Origin: an uncultured Candidatus Saccharibacteria bacterium
GTDB taxonomy: Bacteria; Patescibacteriota; Minisyncoccia; Phycocordibacterales; UBA918
DNA: 49,490 bases
NCBI GenBank assembly: GCA_964399295.1
Contig: CAYNQD010000001.1
Location: 152,454 to 201,943, forward strand
Reading direction: 5' to 3'
Shown here: piece after piece, positions 1 through 8,077 of the stretch
How the letters are laid out: every line of letters begins with the position of its first letter
Position numbering within the stretch: the stretch's first letter is position 1
Position numbers and translations under genes: made by a program
The notes under the pieces: generated by a model
Database searches by the model: none
What the model was told of the DNA's origin: nothing
What the model saw: the letters and a program-made list of their open reading frames with translations, nothing else

Positions 1-1
1 T

Positions 2-322
2 CAGGAGGCTCGTGACATGCAAGCGGCTATAGAGGAGAGAATTAGTTATTTGGAAAAAGTAATAAAAGAAGCCAAGATTGTAGCGCACGAGAAAAAAGGT
101 GATGTGGTTGGGCTTGGTTCGGTGGTTGTTATCCAAAAGGATAAAGAAAAGGATACCAGAAGCTATACCATTGTTGGTTCGGATGAAGCTAATATTCATG
201 ATAAAAAGTTGTCTTATCTTTCGCCGCTAGGGGAAGCTTTGATGGGGAAGACTAAGGGTGATGAATTTATTTTTGATACGCCGGCTGGAAAGCAAAAATA
301 CAAAGTTTTGAAGGTGGAGTAG
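2..322 (+). CDS. greA: Transcription elongation factor GreA, C-terminal ~106 aa (5' end lies outside the window)
   Basis: The frame is open from the window edge. The C-terminal domain pattern VGLGSVVVI...YTIVGSDEAN...LSYLSPLGEALMGKTKGDEF..TPAGKQKYKVLKVE is typical of GreA. Confidence 0.85.
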   Translation, partial: QEARDMQAAIEERISYLEKVIKEAKIVAHEKKGDVVGLGSVVVIQKDKEKDTRSYTIVGSDEANIHDKKLSYLSPLGEALMGKTKGDEFIFDTPAGKQKYKVLKVE

Positions 323-333
323 GGAGTTCCGGA

Positions 334-396
334 GAAAACCACAAAATGCAAAGCGGGGGCGCCGAAGGCGCCCCCGCTTTGCATTTTGTGGTTTTC
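334..396 (+). terminator. 30-bp perfect stem (334-363 / 367-396) with GAA triloop, directly after greA
   Basis: gaaaaccacaaaatgcaaagcgggggcgcc-gaa-ggcgcccccgctttgcattttgtggttttc. The A-run in the 5' arm pairs with the T-run in the 3' arm. There is no free U-tract. Confidence 0.6.
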
Positions 397-406
397 CAGT
401 TAAACT
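379..406 (+). promoter_or_regulatory. Putative sigma70-type promoter of lysS (TTGCAT-16-TAAACT), embedded in the 3' arm of the greA hairpin
   Basis: TTGCAT lies at 379-384 and TAAACT at 401-406. The lysS ATG at 414 is 7 nt after the -10, and no SD is present, so the mRNA is predicted to be leaderless or near-leaderless. Confidence 0.4.
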
Positions 407-413
407 AATCATC

Positions 414-1871
414 ATGTCGTCACTTGAAGAAATTCGCGCAGAGCGCATAAAAAAACTAGAATTATTAAAAGCTAAAGGTTTTAATCCTTATCCGGCAGAA
501 GTAAATCGCACTCACGAAATAAGCGCGGTCATAAGCTCTTTTTCTGATCTGGAAGCGGCTAAGACCATTGTTTCTTTGGTTGGGCGCGTAATGGTCGTGC
601 GTGGTCAGGGAGCGATTATGTTTGTGGTGATGCAAGACGCTACCGGCAAGCTGCAAGCTGTCTTCAAGGAAGACGCTATTCCGGCTGAGGATTTTCAATT
701 ATTCAAAGACACTGTTGATGGCGGCGATTTCATTGAGGTCACTGGAACTTTGTTTGTAACGCAGCGTGGAGAAAATTCGCTTTTGGTTGAGTCTTGGAAA
801 ATGATTACAAAAAGTCTGCTGCCGCTGCCAGACAAATATCATGGCTTGCAAAATGAGGAAGAACGTTTCCGGAAGCGTTACTTGGATTTGCTCGGTCGTG
901 ATGATTTGCGAGAGATGTTTAAGCGCAAGGAGAAGTTTTGGGACGTGATTCGTTCTTTTATGAAAGAGCAGGGTTTTACTGAAGTGGAGACTCCGACTTT
1001 AGAAGTCACTACCGGCGGGGCAGAGGCGTGTCCATTTTCCACTCACCACAATGATTTTGACATGGACGTATTTTTACGAATTTCAATCGGTGAACTGTGG
1101 CAGAAAAGGCTCCTAGCCGCGGGTTTTGAGAAAACTTTTGAAATCGGCCGCGCCTATCGCAATGAAGGCTCGAGTCCAAATCACTTGCAAGAATTTACCA
1201 ATCTTGAATTTTATCAAGCTTTCGCCGATTACGAGGACGGCATGCATTTGGTGGAAAACCTTTACCGCACTGTCGCCAGTGAGGTGTATGGTACCACCAA
1301 ATTTACCAGAGGTGATTACGATTTTGACTTAGCTGATGAGTGGATAAGGCTTGATTATGTCACTGAAGTCAAAAGACAAACCGGAATTGATTTATCTGCT
1401 GCTACTGAAAATGAAATCAAAGCCAAGCTAAACGAACTTGAGGTGAAATACGAAGGTGATAATATGGAACGACTCACGGATACTTTGTGGAAATATTGTC
1501 GCAAAAATATCGCCGGCCCGGCCTTCCTCATCAATCACCCCAAGCTAGTTTCTCCACTGGCCAAAGAGGTGTCGGGACAGGCGGGGGCGACACAGCGCTT
1601 CCAGCCGATTATTGCCGGTACTGAGGTGGGAAATGGTTATTCCGAACTCAACGACCCGCTAGAACAACAAGCTCGTTTTGACTTGCAACAAAAATTGATT
1701 GAAAGCGGGGATGAAGAAGCGATGACTCCAGATTGGGAATTTGTGGAAATGCTTGAACACGGCATGCCGCCAGCCTGCGGTTTTGGTTTTGGTGAGCGCC
1801 TCTTTACTATCTTTGAAAATAAACCAATTCGTGATGCGCAGCTTTTTCCGCTGATGAAGCCGAAATCTTAA
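414..1871 (+). CDS. lysS: Lysyl-tRNA synthetase, class II
   Basis: 485 aa. It has an N-terminal OB anticodon-binding region and class II motifs (EVETPTLE, FEIGRAYRNEGSSPNHLQEFTNLEFYQAF, GFGFGERL). Confidence 0.95.
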   Translation: MSSLEEIRAERIKKLELLKAKGFNPYPAEVNRTHEISAVISSFSDLEAAKTIVSLVGRVMVVRGQGAIMFVVMQDATGKLQAVFKEDAIPAEDFQLFKDTVDGGDFIEVTGTLFVTQRGENSLLVESWKMITKSLLPLPDKYHGLQNEEERFRKRYLDLLGRDDLREMFKRKEKFWDVIRSFMKEQGFTEVETPTLEVTTGGAEACPFSTHHNDFDMDVFLRISIGELWQKRLLAAGFEKTFEIGRAYRNEGSSPNHLQEFTNLEFYQAFADYEDGMHLVENLYRTVASEVYGTTKFTRGDYDFDLADEWIRLDYVTEVKRQTGIDLSAATENEIKAKLNELEVKYEGDNMERLTDTLWKYCRKNIAGPAFLINHPKLVSPLAKEVSGQAGATQRFQPIIAGTEVGNGYSELNDPLEQQARFDLQQKLIESGDEEAMTPDWEFVEMLEHGMPPACGFGFGERLFTIFENKPIRDAQLFPLMKPKS

Positions 1872-1872
1872 T

Positions 1873-1989
1873 CACAACAAAAAACAACTGAACAAACTAA
1901 AAAGACCTTACGGAAGAATTATTGAAAATAATTCTGAGTAGAGAACTTGATTCGTGTCTTGCTAGGTTGTTCAGTTGTTTTTTGTTGTG
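1873..1989 (+). other. 23-bp perfect inverted repeat (1873-1895 / 1967-1989) enclosing 71 nt with an inner 9-bp hairpin (1915-1935, GAA loop); lysS terminator and/or small structured RNA
   Basis: cacaacaaaaaacaactgaacaa ... ttgttcagttgttttttgttgtg. The inner hairpin is agaattatt-gaa-aataattct. Confidence 0.5.
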
Positions 1990-2002
1990 CCAAATATTAA
2001 AA

Positions 2003-2038
2003 AGTGTGCATAAGTGGTTTGTCAGTGGAGCAAAGTGG
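2003..2038 (+). promoter_or_regulatory. MraZ-box array: four direct AGTG(T/G) repeats phased at 10-11 bp
   Basis: AGTGT lies at 2003-2007 and AGTGG at 2013-2017, 2024-2028 and 2034-2038. Each is preceded by A/AA. The array sits immediately upstream of, and overlapping, the predicted mraZ promoter. Confidence 0.65.
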
Positions 2039-2046
2039 TATACAAT
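2019..2046 (+). promoter_or_regulatory. Putative mraZ/dcw promoter TTGTCA-16-TACAAT
   Basis: TTGTCA lies at 2019-2024 and TACAAT at 2041-2046. The ~55-nt leader contains an 8-bp GAAA-capped hairpin (2072-2091). Confidence 0.5.
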
Positions 2047-2103
2047 GTACATGTGGTGGGAGATAGTGGAATATACGGCGAAAGTCGTATAGACTAGTTG
2101 AAT

Positions 2104-2538
2104 ATGTTAATCGGCGAATACAAGCATACGTTGGATCCTAAGAAAAGGCTGTCCTTGCCGTCTAAGTGGCGCAAGGAACTTGGGAAAAAACTTGTGATAA
2201 CCCGTGGACTCGACAATTGTCTCTTTGTATATCCGCTCCGTGAGTGGCAGAAGATCACTGAAAAAATTGGTCAGCTGCCACTCGGACAGGCGGATACGAG
2301 AAGTTTCAATAGATTCTTCTTATCGGGAGCAGTGGAGGTGGAGGTAGATTCAGTTGGACGTATTCTCGTGCCAGACTTTTTGAAAGATTTTGCAGTTCTT
2401 AGTACCGCGGTGGTACTAGCCGGAATTCATAATCGTATCGAAATTTGGGATGAGGAAAAATGGACCGAGTACAAGCGCAAGATCGAGCTAGAAGCCGATG
2501 CTCTCGCGGAAAAACTCGGTGAGATAGGTGTCCTTTAA
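2104..2538 (+). CDS. mraZ: Transcriptional regulator MraZ
   Basis: MLIGEYKHTLDPKKRLSLPSKWRKEL plus a second SpoVT/AbrB-like repeat (VEVDSVGRILVPDFL). It is the first gene of the dcw block. I prefer ATG 2104 over TTG 2098. Confidence 0.92.
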   Translation: MLIGEYKHTLDPKKRLSLPSKWRKELGKKLVITRGLDNCLFVYPLREWQKITEKIGQLPLGQADTRSFNRFFLSGAVEVEVDSVGRILVPDFLKDFAVLSTAVVLAGIHNRIEIWDEEKWTEYKRKIELEADALAEKLGEIGVL

Positions 2539-2563
2539 TTCTACTATTACTGCCTTTATTACC

Positions 2564-3469
2564 ATGAAGCACATAACCGTCCTCAAGACAGAAGCTGTAG
2601 CCGCGTTGGCACTCAAGCCAGATAGCGTGGTGGTGGACGCGACTTATGGAGGTGGTGGTCATGCCAAATTGATTTGCGAGCAGTTGGACACACAGGGCGT
2701 GTATGTCGGCATCGACGCCGATGCTACAGCCTTTTCCAGCAATGTGTTGGATACAGAAAGATTAAAACCGACCATTCACTTGGTCAATAACAATTTTTCG
2801 AAGTTAGAGGAAATATTGAGTTCTTTACATATAAAAAAAGTTGACGCGATTTTAGCCGATCTCGGCTGGCGAACCGACCAATTCACTGATGGCGGCAAGG
2901 GATTTTCTTTTCAAGCAGAAGACCCGCTCTTGATGACCTACGGCCATCCCGAAGCTTATGATTTCACGGCTTACGATTTGGTTAATAATTGGGACGAAGA
3001 AGATATTGCCAATGTTCTCTATGGCTACGGAGATGAGCGCTATTCAAGGAGAATTGCCAAAGCGATAGTCTCAGCCAGAATAAAACATCCGATTGCTACC
3101 GCTAAAGAACTCGCCCTGATTATAGAAGGAGCCATTCCCAAAGTCGCAAAATATAAAAGCGGCATCAATTCTGCCACTAAAAGTTTCCAAGCTATTCGAA
3201 TCGCTGTCAACGACGAGTTAAAAAGTCTTGAACAATTCATTATTCAAGCCGCGGAGTGTCTGTCTTTTGAAGGGCGATTGGCCATTATCAGTTTCCACAG
3301 CATTGAAGATAGAATTGTAAAACTCAAGTTTAAGGAATTAGCGGCTAGCAGCGAGTTTGAAATCTTAAGCAAAAAACCCATTATCGCTGATTTTGAAGAA
3401 TTGGCAAAAAACCCCAGAGCCAGAAGCGCTAAATTAAGAATTATAAAAAAGATAAATATTACCAATTAA
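2564..3469 (+). CDS. rsmH: 16S rRNA (cytosine1402-N4)-methyltransferase RsmH
   Basis: HITVLKTEAV..., the SAM motif VDATYGGGGH, DLGWRTDQF and FHSIEDRIVK. I prefer ATG 2564; the GTG 2528 extension overlaps mraZ. Confidence 0.93.
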   Translation: MKHITVLKTEAVAALALKPDSVVVDATYGGGGHAKLICEQLDTQGVYVGIDADATAFSSNVLDTERLKPTIHLVNNNFSKLEEILSSLHIKKVDAILADLGWRTDQFTDGGKGFSFQAEDPLLMTYGHPEAYDFTAYDLVNNWDEEDIANVLYGYGDERYSRRIAKAIVSARIKHPIATAKELALIIEGAIPKVAKYKSGINSATKSFQAIRIAVNDELKSLEQFIIQAAECLSFEGRLAIISFHSIEDRIVKLKFKELAASSEFEILSKKPIIADFEELAKNPRARSAKLRIIKKINITN

Positions 3470-3476
3470 AACTGTT

Positions 3477-3788
3477 ATGAACACGAAAGTCCTAAATCAA
3501 AATAGTCATATAATAACGACCATCGCTATTGGACTGCTTCTTTGTGGCATCGCTTCCTATATGTATTTTCTCAGTTTGTCGGTAATGCACGTGGTTATGC
3601 GCAAAGAAGCTACGCACAATGTAAATGAACTTCGGTCTGAAATCGCCAAACTGGAAGCGGCTTACATTGAAGCTCGCCACAACATAAGCATGAAAGTGGC
3701 GACCGTGGATGGTTTTGAAAATAATCAAAATAAAATTTTCATCAGCAAGGCCGAACAAAATCTAGTGCTTAATTCTCGTACTGAATAA
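3477..3788 (+). CDS. Small bitopic membrane protein, FtsL-like by position
   Basis: 103 aa with one TM (IITTIAIGLLLCGIASYMYFL) followed by a helical, coiled-coil-like segment. It occupies the canonical ftsL slot between rsmH and ftsI. Confidence 0.6.
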   Translation: MNTKVLNQNSHIITTIAIGLLLCGIASYMYFLSLSVMHVVMRKEATHNVNELRSEIAKLEAAYIEARHNISMKVATVDGFENNQNKIFISKAEQNLVLNSRTE

Positions 3789-3797
3789 GACAAAAAT

Positions 3798-5516
3798 ATG
3801 AGACAGCAAATGGTGATTAGAATTCGTATCATCACAGGGTTGGTTTTGTTTTTGTCTTTGATTTTAATATTCAATCTTTACAAGATTCAGATTGTTCATA
3901 GCGAGTATTATCTTGAAAAGGCGGAACGGCAGTATGTTCATACCAAGAAGGATTTGTATTCGCGGGGATCAATTTTTTTTACAACTAAAGATGGTGAACA
4001 AGTTTCCGCTGCTTCCATACGGTCTGGCTTTTTGTTGGCTTTCAATCCCGGCATGATAAAAGACCCGGCAGCCGTTTGCGAGAAATTGGCTCCATATCTG
4101 ACTATTACCAACGAACGCTGCTTGGACAGAGCTAGTCTCCAAGGACGGACTTATGTCGAGGTGGAGCTTACTTTGCCGGATGATGTCTACGAGAAGGTGT
4201 CAGCACTAAAAATAGACGGTGTGCAACTATACAAAAATCAGTGGCGGTATTATCCGGGCGGCGACTTGGCGGCCAAGGTAATCGGTTTTGTTGGCTTTAG
4301 TGATACTACCAACAATGATTTGCACGGTAAATATGGCTTGGAGAGGTATTATGATGAAATTTTGTTTAAAGATAGAGAGGTTAGGTCTGTCAATTTTTTT
4401 GCTGAGATTTTTAGCAATTTAGGCAATATTGTCTACCAGAAAAATGAAAAATTAAAAGGCAATGTCGTGACCACTATTGAGCCGACAGTGGCCAGAATGT
4501 TGGATTCAGTTTTGCTACAAACCAACAGTAAGTATGAAAGCAAAATGACCGGTGCTATCATCATGGATCCCAAAACCGGAGCTATCTACGCCATGAATGT
4601 TGTGCCCAGTTTTGATTTGAATAATCGAGGCACCACGACTGTGGAATATTTTAAAAATCCTTTGGTGGAAGATGTCTATGAATTTGGTTCCACCATCAAG
4701 GCGCTGACAATGGCTGCCGGACTCGATAGTGGAGCCATCACCCCTTATTCCACCTATTACGATTCCGGCTCGATTAGTCTAAATACTTTTACCATCAAAA
4801 ATTATGACGGCCGCGGCCGCGGTACTGTCGATATGCAAGAGGTGTTGAATCAATCACTAAATACCGGCGTGGCTCACATTGTGCAGAAGATGGGTAAAGA
4901 AAAATTCCGAGAATATTTTCTAAATTTAAAACTGGGAAGTGAAACCGGTATCGACCAACCCAACGAAGTGTTTGGCCTGGTTGATAATCTAAAATCGCCG
5001 CGCGACGTGGAATACGCAACCGCTTCCTTTGGACAAGGAATTGCTTTGACTCCCATCGCTACCATTAGAGCTTTGGCTGTTCTTGGCAATGGTGGGAAAT
5101 TGGTCACACCGCATCTGGCTTCCAGAATTGAATACGAGGATGGTACTCATCGTGATATTCGTTACCCGGATGGCGGTCAAATAATTTCTGCGGAGACCAG
5201 TGAAGAAATATCAAGGATGCTGGTCAATGTCGTCGATGACGCTTTAGCTGGCGGCAAACATTCATTACCACAGCATACCATTGGCGCCAAAACGGGAACC
5301 GCGCAAATCGCCAATCCCGGCGGCGGCGGGTATTACGAAGACCGATTTTTGCACTCATTTTTCGGTTATTTTCCCGCCTATGACCCCAGATTCGTTATTT
5401 TCATGTATACTGTAGAGCCAAAGGGGGTAAAATACGCTTCAGAGACACTGACCGAGCCATTTATGGATATTACAAAATTCTTGATTAATTACTACACTAT
5501 TCCACCTGACCGCTAA
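3798..5516 (+). CDS. ftsI: Penicillin-binding protein 2/3-type peptidoglycan D,D-transpeptidase (FtsI-like)
   Basis: 572 aa with an N-terminal TM and the SxxK (GSTIK), SxN (QSLN) and KTG (AKTGTA) motifs. Confidence 0.9.
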   Translation: MRQQMVIRIRIITGLVLFLSLILIFNLYKIQIVHSEYYLEKAERQYVHTKKDLYSRGSIFFTTKDGEQVSAASIRSGFLLAFNPGMIKDPAAVCEKLAPYLTITNERCLDRASLQGRTYVEVELTLPDDVYEKVSALKIDGVQLYKNQWRYYPGGDLAAKVIGFVGFSDTTNNDLHGKYGLERYYDEILFKDREVRSVNFFAEIFSNLGNIVYQKNEKLKGNVVTTIEPTVARMLDSVLLQTNSKYESKMTGAIIMDPKTGAIYAMNVVPSFDLNNRGTTTVEYFKNPLVEDVYEFGSTIKALTMAAGLDSGAITPYSTYYDSGSISLNTFTIKNYDGRGRGTVDMQEVLNQSLNTGVAHIVQKMGKEKFREYFLNLKLGSETGIDQPNEVFGLVDNLKSPRDVEYATASFGQGIALTPIATIRALAVLGNGGKLVTPHLASRIEYEDGTHRDIRYPDGGQIISAETSEEISRMLVNVVDDALAGGKHSLPQHTIGAKTGTAQIANPGGGGYYEDRFLHSFFGYFPAYDPRFVIFMYTVEPKGVKYASETLTEPFMDITKFLINYYTIPPDR

Positions 5517-5517
5517 T

Positions 5518-6810
5518 ATGAAAACTTTTTTTAAAAAAATTGTAGTTAGTATTTTGACGCTAGAAGCCAAGTGGTTGTTGAAACGCCATAAAACCACAAT
5601 TATCGCTGTCACCGGCAGTGTTGGCAAAACTTCCACCAAAGACGCCATCTACAGCATTTTAAAAAAATATCACTACACCAGAAAAAGCGAAAAGAGTTTT
5701 AATTCCGAGATCGGAGTGCCGCTGACAGTGCTTGGTTTGTCTAATGCTTGGAATAATCCATTGCTTTGGTTTAAAAATATCGTAGACGGATTATTCATCG
5801 CTCTTTTTTCCAAAGATTATCCCGCTTATTTAATCATTGAAGCTGGAATCGACCGACCAGGCGACATGAGCCGATTGGCGTCTTGGCTGAAGCCGCATTT
5901 GGTGGTCTTGACCAGATTCCCTGACGTGCCGGTTCATGTTGAATATTTTAAAAATCCGGAGGCGGTAGTGGAAGAGAAAATGAAATTAATTGAAGCTTTA
6001 GACCTGGATGGCGTAGTGATTTACAATCATGACGACAAAATGATTCAAGCCAATCTGGTCAATATCAGACAGAAGGCGATTGGTTTTAGTCGTTATCTAA
6101 AATCTCATTTCACTGCCAGCAAAGACGAGATTTATTACCATGACGATGTGCCTGTTGGTTTGGCTTTTTTGGTTGAAGATTTGAATGAAAAATATGAAGT
6201 AAAGATAGAGGGTTTGGTTGGCGTTCAGGGTGTGTATGCTTGTGTCGCCGCCATAGCTACCGCGATGCAGTGTGGTATTTCTACAAAAGATGCTGTCGCG
6301 GCCTTGACGGAGTACGATTCGCCGCCCGGAAGAATGAAAGTCATCAAAGGCATAAAAGGCACGGTCATTATTGATGACACCTACAATTCATCACCAATCG
6401 CCACGGAACAAGCTCTCATCACTCTAAAGGAAATTCGTTACGCCAAGCGAAAGATAGCTGTTTTGGGAGACATGCTTGAGTTGGGGCAATTTTCTGCCAG
6501 AGAACACGAAAGAGTGGGTGAACTTGTGCCTCAGTGTGCGGATATTTTGATTACTATCGGAGTGAGAGCCAGACAAATAGCGGAAACAGCTTTGTCTTTT
6601 GGATTAAATGATAAAACTGTTCTTCAGTACGACGACGTGACTAGGGCCGGAAAAGAGTTGCAGGCATTTATGCAAACCGGTGATATTATTTTGATAAAAG
6701 CCTCGCAAGGAATAAGGGCGGAAAAAATCGTGGAAGAAATTATGCAAGAACCGGAGCGAGCTGCAGAGCTGCTGGTACGACAAGATACCGCTTGGCAAAA
6801 AAGGAAATAA
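5518..6810 (+). CDS. murF: UDP-N-acetylmuramoyl-tripeptide--D-alanyl-D-alanine ligase (Mur ligase, MurF-like)
   Basis: 430 aa with the P-loop IIAVTGSVGKTSTKD, DDTYNSSP, and the C-terminal Mur ligase domain motif (VLGDMLELG). Confidence 0.85.
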   Translation: MKTFFKKIVVSILTLEAKWLLKRHKTTIIAVTGSVGKTSTKDAIYSILKKYHYTRKSEKSFNSEIGVPLTVLGLSNAWNNPLLWFKNIVDGLFIALFSKDYPAYLIIEAGIDRPGDMSRLASWLKPHLVVLTRFPDVPVHVEYFKNPEAVVEEKMKLIEALDLDGVVIYNHDDKMIQANLVNIRQKAIGFSRYLKSHFTASKDEIYYHDDVPVGLAFLVEDLNEKYEVKIEGLVGVQGVYACVAAIATAMQCGISTKDAVAALTEYDSPPGRMKVIKGIKGTVIIDDTYNSSPIATEQALITLKEIRYAKRKIAVLGDMLELGQFSAREHERVGELVPQCADILITIGVRARQIAETALSFGLNDKTVLQYDDVTRAGKELQAFMQTGDIILIKASQGIRAEKIVEEIMQEPERAAELLVRQDTAWQKRK

Positions 6811-6841
6811 TCCCCACTTAAAGTCATTAGCCAAATCTGTC

Positions 6842-6920
6842 CCCAAAAAACCAACACCCTATTTGCTCCGCCCACCGCCCCAATATCCGCCCTCCGCAAA
6901 TAGGGTGTTGGTTTTTTGGG
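6842..6920 (+). terminator. 25-bp perfect stem (6842-6866 / 6896-6920) with a 29-nt C-rich loop carrying 3x CCGCCC
   Basis: cccaaaaaaccaacaccctatttgc ... gcaaatagggtgttggttttttggg. The loop is tCCGCCCaCCGCCCcaatatCCGCCCtcc. It begins 31 nt after the murF stop. Confidence 0.55.
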
Positions 6921-6985
6921 TTCCCAGAGGTCCAACCAAGAGGCTGAATGACTACTTTTTTATTTGTGATACAATAAATCGCATT

Positions 6986-7300
6986 ATGTTTGGAAAATTA
7001 AAACAATTTGCACTTAAAAAAGTGCTGCAGTCACAAATGAAGGGTGTGCCGGAAGAGCAGCAACAAATGATTCTGGAGATGATTGAAAAAGACCCGGCTT
7101 TGTTTGAAAAGATTGCCAAAGAAATGCAGGCGGAATTAAAAACCAACGGCAACAACCAAATGGCGGCTGCTTCCACCGTGTTGCCCAAGTATCAAAAAGA
7201 AATTATGGCGGTGATGAGTCCGCAAATGAAGGAACAATTAATAAAAATGCAAATGGGATCACAAGGACAATTTAATCCCAACGGTACCATTAGGAACTAA
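6986..7300 (+). CDS. Hypothetical small Met/Gln/Lys-rich helical protein (104 aa)
   Basis: ORF starting at ATG 6986 (MFGKLKQFALKK...). The longer 6863 start would read through the hairpin. I recognise no family. Confidence 0.5.
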   Translation: MFGKLKQFALKKVLQSQMKGVPEEQQQMILEMIEKDPALFEKIAKEMQAELKTNGNNQMAAASTVLPKYQKEIMAVMSPQMKEQLIKMQMGSQGQFNPNGTIRN

Positions 7301-7328
7301 AAAAATAATAACACCGTAATCAACAAGG

Positions 7329-7352
7329 CACCGGACATAATCCGGTGTCTTT
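7329..7352 (+). terminator. Short stem-loop caccgga-cataa-tccggtg followed by tctttt
   Basis: 7-bp stem followed by a T-rich tail, 29 nt after the stop at 7300. Confidence 0.5.
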
Positions 7353-7371
7353 TGCGTTATACTATAGATGT

Positions 7372-7956
7372 ATGAATAATCCCAAGAATATAGTTGTGTT
7401 GTGCGGACATCCGGACAAAGAATCTTTTAGTGGCATGATAGCCGACGCATATCAAGCCGGAGCCGAAGAGGAGGGGCATAGTGTAAGTAGGGTAAATATA
7501 GGCGAGCTAAATTTTGACCCTATTCTTCACAAAGGCTACAAAGAGGTACAACCCCTTGAACCGGATTTAGTTGATTTGCAAGAAAAGTTTCTTTGGGCTG
7601 ACCATATTGTGATTGTTTATCCAAACTGGTGGTGTACGATGCCGGCTATTTTAAAAGGTCTATTTGACCGTTTTTGGTTGCCGGGATTTGCGTTCAATTT
7701 CAATAAGCAAACCAAACAAATCGAAAAGCACCTAAAGGGAAGGACGGGGCGAGTGATAATTTTGTCTGGTTCCCACAGCCCCTTCAAGACTTGGTGGCAA
7801 TTTGGTGACTACACCAATGAAATTCAGTACGGCATTTTGGAGTTTGCCGGTATCAGGACTTCCGTTAGCTCTTACGGCCCTTGTGAGCGCGTTGATGATA
7901 AAATCAGAGAAAATTGGGCTAGAGAAGTGGCCAAATTGGGGAAGAATGGAATATAG
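7372..7956 (+). CDS. Flavodoxin-like fold NAD(P)H dehydrogenase (quinone)/FMN reductase family protein
   Basis: IVVLCGHPDKESFSG ... ADHIVIVYPNWWCTMPAILKGLFDRFWLPGFAF is the Flavodoxin_2 (MdaB/KefF/NQO1-like) pattern. TATACT at 7358-7363 lies 8 nt upstream of the ATG. Confidence 0.8.
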   Translation: MNNPKNIVVLCGHPDKESFSGMIADAYQAGAEEEGHSVSRVNIGELNFDPILHKGYKEVQPLEPDLVDLQEKFLWADHIVIVYPNWWCTMPAILKGLFDRFWLPGFAFNFNKQTKQIEKHLKGRTGRVIILSGSHSPFKTWWQFGDYTNEIQYGILEFAGIRTSVSSYGPCERVDDKIRENWAREVAKLGKNGI

Positions 7957-7993
7957 TTGACCACTGATAGGGCAATAGTTACCCACAAAATCT

Positions 7994-8022
7994 TTGACAA
8001 ATTGTTATTTTTGTGATATCAT
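7994..8022 (+). promoter_or_regulatory. Putative promoter TTGACA-17-TATCAT
   Basis: TTGACA lies at 7994-7999 and TATCAT at 8017-8022, upstream of the lipoprotein gene. Confidence 0.5.
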
Positions 8023-8077
8023 TAGGGTAGATAAAGAAGTACTTTTTCTAAAAATTTTTCTTACCTGGGAGGGTATT

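Noticed and set aside
2528-2563. GTG 2528 start for rsmH, and similar upstream alternative starts at 2098, 7345, 7994, 9401, 20156, 21184, 23644, 24609, 38145 and 42418
   Set aside because: These track starts use GTG/TTG or fall inside upstream genes, terminators or promoters. Downstream ATGs give N-termini that match the family consensus.
4809-4822. Tandem GGCCGCGGCCGCGG (double NotI-like palindrome)
   Set aside because: It lies in frame within ftsI and encodes DGRGRG. There is no flanking structure that suggests a regulatory or mobile element.
6863-6985. N-terminal extension of the 6863-7300 ORF (MLRPPPQYPPSANRVLVFWVP...)
   Set aside because: This part is simply the translation of the 25-bp hairpin and its C-rich loop after murF. 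The plausible gene begins at ATG 6986.
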